64,000 bases of DNA from Haliotis rufescens (Eukaryota). Position 1 is the stretch's first letter; each line of letters opens with the position of its first letter. The DNA is taken from positions 21,452,001 through 21,516,000 of the forward strand of contig NW_025963780.1 of NCBI RefSeq assembly GCF_023055435.1. The letters are read 5' to 3'. The notes under the pieces were generated by a model. It was not told where the DNA came from. It did not search any database and saw only the letters and a program-made list of their open reading frames with translations. Positions 35,901-50,900 of this stretch are shown in pieces. A program made the position numbers and the translations under genes.

Positions 35901-38900
35901 GCACAACACATTTAGTTATAGTCGGTTGGTGTAGGGTTTGTGTCATAAGATGTGAAGGTAATGGATAGTTCATCCTGTCTGCATGGACTCTCGACCTTCA
36001 CCAGGAACTAATTTTAGTAATCTTTTCACTCCACCAATACCAGATTCTGTTATCTGCGCATGCCAATCAGAATATTTTGTTATCATTTACGAGGCATTCT
36101 GGCCTCATTTACGACATATTCTGTTATCTTTTACGGGTAATTTTGTTGACATTAACGGGATATTTTGTTACCAGTTACGGAATATTTTGCTATCATTTAC
36201 AGGGGGTACATTCTGTCATCATTTATGGGAATATTCAGTTGCCAGAGTACGATGTTAAAGAATAAAAATAAACATACAAAAAAATAAAAAAATAAAAAAT
36301 CTGTGATAACAATGCAAGGGCCAAATCTTTCGAGACGGAAATTCACATATAGCATTATCTAGCATATATCGGATCCGGACAGAAAGATCTCCGGATTTGT
36401 AGACCATTTGGACATGATTTAAAAGAGACTAGTTTTATTAATTATCATACAATGCCTTGATCTGGCATCTGAAACGAATTACGTGGCTGGGTTAAGAGAA
36501 AGGGGACATGCATATTGACTGTTGAGATACACTATTGGTGGTATGATCCTGAATTGATAATACAAAGTAGACTTCGACCCCTGTCCCTGTGCAAGAGCGT
36601 GGGTCTTCTTATCAGTAATATTTGTATATGTCAGAAATAGCGATATGTCAGGCTTATTAGAAATCTAGTCATGTGACATTACTCTGCATTCAACGAACCC
36701 TACATTTTCTTTAGAGACCATTGACTCAATGTGAAACTCGTTTAAAGGACTACACCTCCGTTGTTTAGTTGCAAGAGCTCTGGCCTGGAGAGCGGAAGCT
36801 CGTAGGTTCGATCACCGGCCGCGTCACACCAAAATAAGTTAAAAAGATGGTGCTTGGTTTTATCTAGCCTCGCGGTCGCCATTAACGGGATTAAACAAGG
36901 ACTGGTCGGCTCTGAGTCAGTATGTTGGTATCTCAGAGGGCTAGTACTTTAAAACCGGCATTAGTCCAGTCTAGCACGCGCACGCACGCACGCGCACGCA
37001 AACACGCACGCACGCGCACGCACGCACACACACACATTTACGGGAAATATAGCTGTCAGTTTTCATGTATGGGACGTACTGTAATTCGAAGGGTTGCTGA
37101 AAAACTAGTAATTTTGTGTTTTCAAATAAATGCTATCTATCAATTACCAGTACAAGTGTACACAATTATCAGTACAAGATATGTACAGATTACCAGTACA
37201 AATTGTACAAAATTACCCGTAACGGAGTACACAATTACCAGTACCAGGTGCACACAATTACCCGTAACGGTGTACACAATTACCTGTACCCTTTGTACAC
37301 AGTTACCATTACCAGGTGCACACAATTACCGGTAACCGCATGCACAATTACCTGTACCAGGTGCACACAATTACCAGTATAGGTGTACACTATTACCAGT
37401 ACAAGATGTACAAAATTACCCGTAACGGTGCACAGAATTACAAGTACCAGGTGTACACAGTTACCATTACCAGGTGCACACAATTACCGGTAACCGCATG
37501 GACAATTACCTGTACCAGGTGCACACAATTACCGGTATAGGTGTACACTATTACCAGTACAAGATGTACAAAATTACCCGTAACGGTGCACAGAATTACA
37601 AGTACCAGGTGTACACAATTACCTGTACCCTTTGTACACAGTTACCATTACCAGGTGCACACAATTACCGGTAACCGCATGCAAAATTACCTGTACCAGG
37701 TGCACACAATTACCAGTATAGGTGTACACTCTTACCAATACAAGATGTATAAAATTACCCGTAACGGTGCACAGAATTACAAGTACCAGGTGTACACAAT
37801 TACCAGTACAATATTACACATTTACCCGTAACGGTGCGCACAATTACAAGTGCCAGGTGCACACAATTACCAGTACAAGAATACATAATTACCCGTACAT
37901 ATGCACACAATTACAAGTACCAGGTGCACACAATTACCAGTACAATATTGCACAATTACCCGTAACGGTGCACACAATTACAAGTGACAGGTGTGCACAA
38001 TTACCAGTACAAGATTACACAGTTACCCGTACAGATATACCAATTACAAGTACCAGGTGTGCACAATTACCAGTACAAGATTACACAGATACCTGTAACG
38101 GTGCGCACAATTGCAGGTACCAGGTGTACACAATTACCAGTAAAAGATTACACAATTACCCGTACAGATGTACACAATTACAAGTACCAGGTGTACACAA
38201 TTACCCGTACAGATGTACACAATTACCATTAACATGTGTACATGTATCTTCAGTAACATACCCGTAATGGCTCAACGCACCCCTTGTCCTAATAATGTGC
38301 CACTGAATATGACATAAAGACCGGTTCGTTTTTTAACAAAGCACCTTCATACTCTTTGGTAACGACCCATTGTGATTCCGGGTAAACTTACAGGTCCCCA
38401 GCAACTTTTGCTTGTCGAAGGCGGGTTAAACGGACTGTGTTGTCAGGCTCGATTATTTACAGATTGACTTCATATAACTGAGTATTCTTTCGTGCAAATG
38501 TATGTTGATATCAACACGAAAGACCTCTGTATTTTAAGATCATTTGAACATTATTAAATAGAGACTAATATTATTAATTATCATACAGTGCCTTCATCTT
38601 GATTCTGAAACGAATTTAGACCTCTTCAAGAATCACGAGGCTGGGGCTAAGGGAAGGGGCCATGTACATGATATTGACTGATGTGAAATACTTTTGGTGG
38701 TATGATCCTGACTTAATGGCCAAAAGTAGACATCGACCCCTGTCCCTATGCAAGCGCATTCGTCTTCTTATCTGACGTTTATGTATGTCAGAAATAGAGG
38801 CATGTCACTCTGACCTTAAAACTGGTCCTGTTACATTCCTCTGCATTCAACTGGCCCTAAATTTACTGTCGTTATTTTTAAAGACTCATTGTGTAACTCG

Positions 38901-41900
38901 TTTAAAAGAGACGTCCCGTGATCTAGTGTATAGAGCGTCTGCTTGGAGAGCGTAAGGCCGGTGGTTCGATCCTCGGCCTGGTCATACCAAAATTATTTAA
39001 ATGATTGTACTCGCTGTTACCCTGCCTGGCACTCGGCATTAAGGGAATAAACAAAAACTGACCGGTTACTGTTCAGTGTACTGTGTCTGAGTTAAACATG
39101 GTATCTCAGTCGGATGCACTATAAAACTGGCATTAGTCCGGACTAATCTAATCTTTATTTCACATACTGAAGAGGCCACAGGCCTATAGTACAATTTGAA
39201 GAATATACAATTTTATACAATTTATGTACATATCTCACCAGATCACCTCACGTCATTCCACCGTCATCTCAAAGCAGTCACATAATTTCACACATACAGT
39301 ACAATACCATACCCTGTAATTTCAAAATTTCTATATTACCATATCACAACTTGTTATATCATACCACATATTCTATAACATCATATCATATTGTACCATT
39401 ATTATAAGATCATACTATAAAGTATAATTTCATATACCATTATCATATCATAACATACCATACATACCATCGTACCATATATCACACCTATATTATATCA
39501 CATTTCAACATGTCATATCACACAACACATTAGCAATTTCATAGCTTGCCCAATCATATCTTATCATATCATACTATATAATGCCATGTCATTCCATGCC
39601 AATTTATTTCATATCAATCAATCAATATTTATTCAACACTGGAAGACCGCAAGCCATATAATATGTACACTAAAAAACAGTATTTACACAATTTCTATAA
39701 TACACATAACATATTGCATCATATCCCCTCATGTATCATATCACACGACAACACCTATCATATCATATCACATCATGTCATGTCACATCATATCATTTCA
39801 TATACATATAACTATACTAAACCATTTGTAATATCACGTCCCACAATATCATATGACCGCCTAGTAGTTTAATACCATTTCTAACTCTTTTGTTTGTAGT
39901 TTATTCAGATGGCAAATATCTATAAATATGTACTTAATGTATATACACAATAGTTTCCTAATACCAAGCAGCTAAGATTATTTTTTCATAAGGTTCTGTC
40001 GGTATAAAGAGGCATAATATATGTACATGGAAACATTTTGTAAGATACTTCTTTTTGTGTTTGACAGCAGTGTAACAAATTTAATAATATTAGGGTACCT
40101 GTAATAATAAGCTTGCAGGTATTTTCCCCTAAGGTGTAAATACACTGGACATACAAGTAAGAAATGAAATTCATCTTCTACTGAGTTTAAACTACATAGA
40201 TTACATATTCTTTCTTCACGAGGAATGTTTACATAGCGCCCTGTTTCTATTAAAAGGTCGTGAGAAGAACATCTAAAAAGTCCGGACTATTGCATGCGGC
40301 CATTCACACGCAAGCACATTCACACGTACATGAACGCAAACACATGCCGGTCGCTCTATGATACAATAATCTTTCACGTTAAACCCCATTTTAGCTGATT
40401 ACCTCAGAGTTTAAAGGAACACTGTACTCATCTACTGCGTATATCTATCATATTGATGAGAATGCTGTTGGCACACCGACATGTCTTCAAAATACTGAAG
40501 ACAACACATATCTTAAAATAACACCCTTTAAACAAGTATCACTACTTTGGGTATTGAAGTCACCACAACGTTTCATTTATACAGGGACTTAGTTGGCTTT
40601 ATCAACCCTCTTGAACACTTTTTTTGTTACATCACATCTTCCAAAAGATTGACACGTTTCTATATGTTATTATATATACATGTATGTAATAGTATTGGTT
40701 AAATTGATTTCCCTTTCTTTGTTGTTTAACACCAGTTAACGATATTCTAGCACATAAATAAGTGAGTCTAGACAAGGAAAGGCATTGACTCATATTATCA
40801 ACAACGTCCAATGCCGTTGGAATAGTGTGACACACAAATAACCATGTTGTCGAGCCTGACCAGCCGGCAATCATATTGTTACTTCACAACTATTCAAGCC
40901 TAAGATCAAACAGAGGCTACCTTTTGATGTTGTGTATTTATTTCAGAGGACTGTAACCACGAACGTCCATGTTTTCCTGGGCAATGCACAGGTAACGGCG
41001 CCAAGGTTGTCTGCAACTGCATGGACGACTTCACTGGATCATCTTGCAAGACGTGTAAGTGAAGATGAGTCATAAGGATTGTGTGTACATAATATCGATG
41101 AATTTCTCGATAAGTCTTCACCATAAACATTTCCAAAAGAATTATCTGGTATTCATGACCAGTGACAAATGATACTGAATTTCATGTTGACTATGTTTCC
41201 TCTTAGGATCAGGTGTGTACTTCTCGAAATGCTTTTGTTTATTCTATTGAGGCATGTTGACACACTGCATGAGTTACCACTATTTGATCACACTGATGTG
41301 TAATTTCAATTTGTATGTTTCTATGTAGTGAAAGCTGTACAGGCACCTAAGGTGACACAGCTGCAGGCCAGCTTTTCCTACAACAAGGGACAGGAGGAAA
41401 TCTATGGCGTCATAGCGGACAGTTCTGGGAAGCCAGAACACGCCACCATCTGGACAAACCTAGACAGGCTGAATAACCTTACTGTGACTGCAAGTGCGAT
41501 GTCCGAATGTAGAGAACTTCCAGCACCCCCTTCTTACATCAGGGGATCACGTCTTGGAATTACCAGAGCCTATGTTAGATTAAGTGAGCAATGACATGGA
41601 TGTCCACTTCCATGAAACTTCAAGTCGCACTTCTTGTATAAAAACACCAGTGCTATGCACAAAGTAAAGATCTTTATTTCAGTTGCAGCTTTGCTGACTG
41701 TCAGATCTATGTCTCTATGATATAACGTTGTAAACTCGTGTCCCTAATTACTCCATCCAAAGACTAGACTTACTCGCTGAAAGTGTAGGAATGAAAAACT
41801 ATGGATAATTATGATATCAGATGAAAAGGAATACTCTTCATTAATTATTTAACTACAATTTAACTCCTTAAGTTTGCGTTGGCGTTCTATGTCCCACTCC

Positions 41901-44900
41901 GTCAAAAATGGAACAAATCTTCAACTACGCTAAATGTGTTAAATGTCTAAAGTGTTTGTAATAGGAAAATATGTAGTAAATTAAATGTTAGTGTTAATAT
42001 TCCTTTGTTTGCATGTTGTATGGACAGTGTTACTCTCAATTTAAGATGTTGTTTTATGTTCTGCCCTACCTAGGTGGACCCGTGGTAACATCTGCCTCCT
42101 CCGACCACACGTGTGATAATACCGTCAGTTCCCAGGACCCTAAAGATATAATTACATGCTCCGTCAAAACACAGTACACCAAACGTTTAAATGATGGTGA
42201 CAAGTAAGTTAAAGTATGATAACACATCTGATTGTTTGAGTACTGTATTATACACGCTATTGTGTGTGATTACAAATCAAAAGAATATTATTTTCAGATA
42301 TGGTCGAAAGTTTTTGACTATCATTTGATGAATACATTTTGAATAAACATACTTTTAAAATTATCCAAACAAAGTGTTCCAAAACGACTGATATAGCATG
42401 TCAGGTATCTGTTTTGAAAATTGATATTTTCAAAGTGACATTGGTACAGTTCTGTATTCACACATCATGAGAACCATGTATATACACTTTATGGCTCAAC
42501 TGTGGACTTGATCTTATTGTTATCAATAGAAGAACATAACTTTCAATGATTTAGACCATTCTGGGTTTAGGCATTACCAGGGTTAGAAGGATCCCACATG
42601 TGTTCAAAGATGTTTTTCTCCAAAATATCGTAATAATTATGGTATTTTTAAAATTTCAAATTTACTTTCTACCGAGTGATTTTGTGATGTTTCAGTGCAG
42701 TGGTTTATCTACTCAAATCTCTATCACGTACTTATTGCAGATCTCCCCAAACCCTCACTCACTCATACAGTAAAAACCCACGAATCCAGAAACACAACTG
42801 TCCAGGCGATTACTGTTAGAAATGTCTACATGCAGTCAGTAAAAATGTTTAATTAATTACGAAATATGAACATCCCTCACAGGGCAACTTAACTCAGAAT
42901 GCTACCTCCCTGATTACTAGAGTTCCACAGCACCTACATGTCCTACTGCACAATCTGAACACATAACGTTACTATCTAGGTTGACGATGACATTCCGGGT
43001 GTCAAGTGGTGGCTACCGGGAATTGTACGACACCGGAAGTAGACGCGTGACAGCTCATGAGAATTACACAGGGCAAGAGACAGTCACTTCTGTGGCCTTT
43101 AACATTGACTTGGTGGAGCCTATTTACAACGACCCCGACCCTGCGTTTCGTATTACTCCCGAATTTACAAAGGTAACATAATTAATAGTAGATATCTGAT
43201 CTGTAATTCTAAATAACACTGACTACTTAGTTATGTCATTTTGGAAACACAGAAGGAATGTTTTCTTGGATGTCAATGTCTACTTTGTTCTCATTAGTAC
43301 CAAAAGCAACATAGTGAAACTGTTTGGTCGTTGAAATGATATGCTATATATTTACAGCTCAAACGACGCCAGCTGGCACATAAGACAGTTCTACCAGGTT
43401 TTAGACTATCTTCCTTTGTGGACTAAAAACTGTTTAGTGATTGTCGTTTCTAGCATATTTCCTGCTGTCGAGAATCTTATATTATGTCAGTAAAGAAAAC
43501 AACTTCGAATTTCCATCATAGGTTAAATTAGAATGGACGTAAAGTTTGGCTTTCATTTTTCCTTCTTTAAAACAAACAATTGAAACATATTTTCATTACG
43601 ATTACTGACACGACTGAGTTGTATACGAGTCATACGAGAAAAGGGAAAAACAAGATTACAACATCCATCATCTTGATCATCGTCTTCTATCATGTGAAGC
43701 AAATGCCCCTAGAATCTGATGGAAACGACTCACGTGTTATTCTTTGTTATCACAGGTTGACATCACTTTGAGTTGGCGAGGCTGGACTGATGCTAACTCT
43801 GGAATGAACAAATACAAATGGGAAGTCTTCAAACTCCAACCTAGTACTGGAGGAGCGCTGTCGGAGCTGACAGGACCTGTAAACCATGGAGAAGTGAAAC
43901 ACACCTCTCCTATCTCCTTCCCTGTGCCCTTTCTTCCAGAAAAACCAGGGATGTATTCCTTCATCCTTGAAGCTGTTGACAAGGCCAATAACTCTGTATA
44001 CATGAGACGGTTTGCCCTGTGTGACAAAGAGTCATCTGTTACTACTGACCCAAAGTACGCCGTGTTCATATCAACTGCTGTACAAGACCAGGGCTTCCAG
44101 TGGATGACTGATGCCTCCAAGCCACTTGTCATCATCTGGCAAAACCATTTTCGCAACTATGTTCACGAAAATGGTAAATATCTCAACAAAATCCTGCCCC
44201 TCAAAAAACAGATCGTGAAAGACCCGCCAATATACAAGCAAGTGATCCAAAGGAATGATGATAAGTATGGTAGAAGAACCACAGCGGCCATCCCCAATTT
44301 GAGAGGTGTCGTGAGGTTTGAGTGGACCCATGCTGTCAACAAGACAGGAGGTAGAACACAACAGACGCCTCCCAACTGGGATGATATATCCGGATTGAAC
44401 ACTACTTTACACTTACCTCAAGGTAAAATGTCAAGCCTCTGTGGTATAATAACAAATATGTTATGTAGCATCGCAACATCGAGTAAATATCTTGACATCA
44501 CTTGATCCATTGCCAGAACATAATTCCACATGTTAACATAAATCTACTGACAAATATTTTGAAATTAAATTTATTGTCATATTTGGCATCCTGTAAATTC
44601 AAAAGAAACCTTTATGAAAATAAAATAAATCATACCGATTTAATAGCTCCGAAGACATCAAAACTTACTCGAGGAATAATATGCTTACTGTTTTCAGAGA
44701 AGAATTGGTTTTTCTGAAAACTAGTGAATAGAATTGTCACAGTATAATATTCGTTGTTAATGTTCGACTGACACCATCAGCTTCAGAACATTCAAGCTCC
44801 AAAACTAAATGAGTATAAAGAATATCTCAAGTTTTATCGTTGGGTTTCAGAAAACGTTACCAGCGGGAGCACTGTTACGATTTGGGTGAGAGCCAGGGAC

Positions 44901-47900
44901 ATTCTGGACAACAAGAAAGTGGACTCGACAAGTGTCACCTATGACTTCACGGAGCCACAGTTCAGTAAGATGACATTCCTTCGAAACGAGATATCAAACA
45001 TCCCCTTCAGTTCAGGGTAAGCATAATGATGAGACAATGTTTACAAGCACTTTTTATTTACCCTTAGACTTATTGCACTAATGCAGCTACCAAACATGTC
45101 CCATTAACTGCAAATGCGTATCTGTTAAGGGAACACTTGCCATAATTGTACCATACTTGTTAGTGAGTGAGTGAGTATGGTCTTACGCCGCTTTTAACAA
45201 TATTCCACCAATATGTAATTGCGGAGGACACCATGAATGGACTTCACACATTGTATCCATGAGGGGAATCGAAACCGGACCTTCGGCATGACAAGCGTAA
45301 GCTTTAACTACCAGGCTACACTACCGCCTCACCATGCTTGAGAATATTTCATAAACAACAATTGTTCATGCTTGTAAATATGACATATTTACAACAATTA
45401 TTCATGCTTGTAAATATTTAGTAGCAGCAATTTTTTTATTATTTTAGACTTGTCATATTTAGAACAGTTATTCATGCTTATAAGGACCATATTTGCAAAC
45501 ATTTTTACAATTTTGTGAGTAAAGGTATGCATTTCAAAATATTTCATGTTTTACGTGCAAATCGGATTCGTTGAATGTTTGACTCATATGGAAAAAAAGG
45601 TTTAATACCGTCCGTGCTGTTGCAAATGAACGTGGCGTTTGTTCGATAGATAAACGGTTTCGTCATTCTGAGAGTTATTGTGGTAGATTTATGTTATGTT
45701 ATGTATTATATGTTTCAGATTAGAATTGACGGTACAGGACCTTGAGAGCGGCATTGAACACGCCGAGGTCAAGGTCACGCAGATGGATGATGGTCACGTA
45801 ATGACGAACAGGACCCTGACCCTGCCCCTGCCATCAGTTTCTGTACGTACTTATATTTTCTATCAACATTGGAAATATGCATACACCCTACAGTCAGTAC
45901 AGCCGTGATATAATCACTGGATATTGCTAAACATCTAATTGCTTAAAGTGGCAACGTTCACTCAGGACCAGGTTCTTATACATTCCGTGATATTTCGTTG
46001 ACTGTACCATTGCTAGTAAAATCGGAAAAAAGAATTTGAAAAGATATCCTGGATTAATGAACAAGTTAATCGGCTGGAAGTTGGGGGTCTGGAATAGTGT
46101 ACATGTGGACCGGACTCGGTTTCATAGTACATCATAGCAAAAGTAGGCATCAATATCTTAAAGTGGATGTTTTTGGCATTTTGGTAGCCTGGTGGTAAAA
46201 GTGTTCTATTCTTAACATGTGTGAAATGTCTGAAACCCATTTTGTATGTGATATTGAGTCGTGCTGGAAGCGTCGTGAAACCTTTCTCAATCACCGTAAA
46301 GACATTACTATAGGAACTTTAGTATCAATGAAGACATGCAGTACATGATAGACTATGGATTCAAGCTTAGTTACAATCCCCGTTACAGTAGTAGTATATG
46401 TACCGAACCATCTTTGTGGAAGTAGCAAATCAACCATGTCTCAACCATGTGTACATTTTGCAGAATGGACACATCTTGTGTAAAGACTTTAGGTTATGTG
46501 ATGCGGGAAATGTACATAAACTTAATCGGCTAAATTATCTCCTTTTACGTCCTTGATAATATCAGTGTGTAAAACTGTCCTTCTGTTATTCTTATATTAT
46601 CATCACTCTTTTTCCACTGAACCGGATTTGTTCAACTGTTTATAATGAATCTCTGTGGTATTCATGAACAAATTTGATGTTTCAGATGTATGCATGTTTA
46701 AACAAACCATCTAGCTGCTACTGTCCAAAAGCCCTGAACGTGTGTTACAAACGAGTGTACAAACTGTACATCAGCAACTGCTGGCTGATGGTGGCCAAGG
46801 AGGATCTTGAGTCAGCTCACGTTAAGCTGGAGGTGGACGTAGTCAACAGGGCGGGGCTGAAGACATCCATCCCCAGAGTGCACGTGGTGAGTAACTGTTA
46901 AAAGCATATGTGAAATTTCGAGTAGCGATAGATGTAATTAATCAACTCCATGTAAATGTCGACTCTTCTAAATCATGCGGCGCTTTGACATCTCAGAGAT
47001 ATCATATCATGTATAGCACCTTTACAGCATTGTCCATTCATGTCAAGGGTCCAAGTAAAACGAGTTCATTGCATGTAGTGTTTATATTATTTGCATACTT
47101 ATGTGTGACAAGTGTAGGCCAGTCCTATTATATCAGAGGTAGGTTTAGTTTACCAATTTTCACTTTGTGGCATACACCGTTTCGTGTTTGAAACCATGCG
47201 ATACCTTGGCATCTTGGCACATTGATATGTCATCCTCAAGATAAGTGGCTTGAAAAAATTGCTTTGCCAGAAGTGAAGGTTTTGAAAGGGAAGTGCATGG
47301 AACTTTCTTATTAATGTGGCTAGAGACGTGGGACTGCATAGAGCAAATATGATTGAACCATGCGTGTCAAGTGAATATCAATGTAGCCAGAGACATGGGA
47401 CTTTCTGATTCAAAGATATCTTGCATAAGCAGGTGTTTTATCAAACCGGAAGTGGTGTTGTTAAAACCGGAAGTAAAAATATTATTAAGGGAGCTGGAGG
47501 CTTTTCGTGTCATAGTTGTGCAGCATTGGGTATGTGTCCTACCAAAACAGAAGTGATGCAACCATGCACGTGTGTGTGTGTGTGAGCGCGCGCGTGTGTG
47601 TGGTTGCTTGTACTAGTCGATGTTTTAGTGTTATGCCACTGAGATACCATGCTGCAGTTTAACAGGAATACCCCACTCAGACACAGTTTATTGACTCCGT
47701 GCCGACCAGTCCTTGTTTTAGCCCCTTAATGCCGAGCGCCAGACAGGGCAACAACAAGTACCATCTTTTAACGTCTTTTGGTATGACGCGTCCGGGTATC
47801 AAAAACCGGACCTTCCGCTCTCCGGACGGACTCTCTACCACTAGACCACCACGGAGGCGGTCAGAAACTATAGTGAGTGTGGAGTATGGTTTTACGCCGC

Positions 47901-50900
47901 TTTACGAGACATAAATTCCCCATGCTAGCAAATCAACAAAAAGTGTCAGTTTTCGATATGAGGTAAGTAGGGTCAAACGGATGGGGTTGCACTGAGACCT
48001 CGGGGTGAAACCTAGACATGATCGCCTCGTAACATTAATTGCACTATGCAATATATTCATATCTGCTCCTGGTATCAATAGAGAAATACAATAACAGGAA
48101 GGCGAATTTCAACATCTACCGTTAAAAAGCCTGTAAGCAAGCCGTCCCGTGAAGGGTATGATCCTAACAGTTTACCACCCGCGGCAAAGATTTGGGTGGA
48201 CTAGGCAACACCAGGGACGGGCTTTGTGGCCTTTCACCATGTTTCACGGTTTTACCTCCGATTCATAAATGACAGTAAACCTTTTGGCGACGTAGGTAGC
48301 GGCGAGCGGTGTGTAAGGTTGACAATTCTTGACCATGATCGCTATGGGGGCGGTGTCATGGTGTGTGGTGGTATCACACATGATAGACAAACTTATTCAG
48401 TTATTGTGAAAGGGCATTTGACAGTCCAGCGGTATGTTGACAAAAATTTTCGTCCTTTCTTTGTTCCTTTCGTCGGAATTATCGGTGGACATTTTGAAGT
48501 GCAAGATGGCAATGCCAGACTACATAATGCCTAGGTCATCACCGATGATCCCAACTAGAAAACATACGGCCATTGCACTGGCATGGTACGACCCTTAACA
48601 TGACCCCAACAGAGCATGTGTGACAAGTTCTTGGGCGGAGAGGGGCGGTCGGGTAGCCTGGTGGTTAAAGCGTTAGCTCGTCACGCCGAAGACCCGGGTT
48701 CGATTCCTGACATGGGTACAATGTGTGAAGGCCATTTCTGGTGTCCCCCGCCGTGATATTGCTGGAATATTGCTAAAGCGGCGTAAAACCATACTCACTC
48801 ACTCACTCACTCACTCACTCACTCACTCACTCACTCTTGGGCGGAGAGTGTGCGCCAGGGACCCAGCACCCGCCACCACCCACCCAGCTTGGGGTAGCTC
48901 TTTTGTCGGAATGGCGGACAATACCAAGGGCAATCATGCGCATGTTATTAAACGGAATGCCAGCAAGGTGTCGTGCATGTATCACCCAACATTGAGGACA
49001 CAACAGATATTGATCTACAGGCCCCAATTTATCGATTGCTATTACACATTAACTATTATTTTATCAATTCCCTTAGTTTTTGTCTATGTCATTTAGTTGC
49101 AAATATATAATGATTTATAATGCAAGCTCATATTGGTTTAGTTTGCATTCTCAGCTCGTGTTGGAGTATCCACGAACATGGCGACGAAAGGTACTTTCAA
49201 GTCATATTTCTGTTCATAGGTGAAGGACCTTATGGTTATTAATGGGACATCAGCATGTAAGTTAATTAATGTAGTTGGGTTTTGATTTTAGTAAATCACA
49301 GGGAGTTTTTTATTTGACGAATGGTTGAAAATGAAGTTCTCGAAACCGTTCCAGTGACTGATAGCTAGGGTGTTTCATTTTACAATGTTTTCAAATCGAG
49401 TTTTTTAACTAATGTTTTCAAATCGAGTTTTTTTACTAATTAAGTAATGTCAGACCATTTACTCTGACACGATGACTCTCTGCGTGCAAAGCTGACCACA
49501 CCTCCACAGGAATATGAATCTTCTGATCAGCCAATTAGGTTTCTAAATTCGCGGTCCAATTGAGCAAACAAGCATGTCTGACTTCTGTAATTTGAAACCG
49601 AAGTTTAAACGCTCAAGTCCAAATGTAAATAATTCATGCCGCGCTTGTATATCGTTATGAATAGTCCATAACCCTGTCGTTTCTGAGCTCCATGTCACCT
49701 CCACCCAGTTGCGAGGAATATTTGGTTTTGATGTTGGTTTTCCTTCTGTAAAACTCGAAATTCCGATTCAAGATGGTAAATAAGTCTGAGCAGAATTGTT
49801 TTAGAAAGCTGACGTCCGATTATCTCAACAACCTGGCCATCTTTCATCTTTTGTAAAAACATTTTACAGTCACTTCACATAATTCTTTACCAGTCGCGAT
49901 GACGTCTCCCTTCGTGTTGGTGCAAGACCATGCCACATAACCCAGCAGTGTCACTCAGAACAACTGCGCTTTTGTATACATGAGAACAACACAATTTGTT
50001 CAACATTTGTTCATTGTTTATCAGATTTTGGACCAGTGAACGTGAATGTTGAAAAGTTGACTGACACGACGGCCAATGTGTCGTGGACACACGCCCCCAG
50101 CTGCCATGACCGCACATTTATATCGGTCACATATCAGCTCGATTCAGGCAAGCCAGAGACGATCAAACTGTACAAAGGTAAGAACTCCTAGAGGATCCGG
50201 ATCAAAAACTAAACTGTGTGTGGGTGTGTGGGGGGTGTGTGTGTGTGTGGTAGGGGGGGGGGGGGGGGGGGGGGGGGTGGTCACGGGTGGCCCAGTCGTC
50301 TAAGCCGCCGCGATTCGCTGTGCAGAGTTGCGTCCCTTGGGCACGCCAGAAACCTATGGTTGTGGGTTCGAATCCCGGTTCAACCCAATTATGTTTCTAG
50401 CTTTCTACCCGTGCTCGTGGGTTTCACCGAAGTGGTAAACGTCGGAGACCTGCATCACTTCGGGCTTTCCTCCCACATTAAGCTGAAACGCCGTGATATA
50501 ACTGGAATACTGTTAAAAGCGGCGTTACACCCAATTTACTCACTCACTCACTCACTAAACTGTGGAAGGGATGTGTGAAGAAAGCTTATTTTAGAGGTTT
50601 CCATGAAGCGTGTTTTGACCAAAGCTGATCATATTCAAAGGAGACGTACATAAAACAGTGCAAAGATATCTTTGGTCACAGACTTAATATATTCACACAA
50701 AATCATTTGAAATTCTAACAATCCGCCTCTTTCACTCATTTTGTCTATCTTTGTATATTTGACCATGTCAGACGTTCAAAACTTGCACGCGTAAGAACGA
50801 AAGAAAGGTAGTCGCCAGTCATTTGAACGCGTCTTGTAACTGTCATATCAATGTGTCAATTTAAAGTATTCATGAGGGCCAACAATATCCGCATTCTACC

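Noticed and set aside
36922-38267. Thr/Cys/Tyr-rich ORFs
   Set aside because: Minisatellite translations inside an intron.
50253-50277. Poly-G runs (also about 62372-62391) as G-quadruplex elements
   Set aside because: Simple homopolymers of unreliable length with no supporting context.
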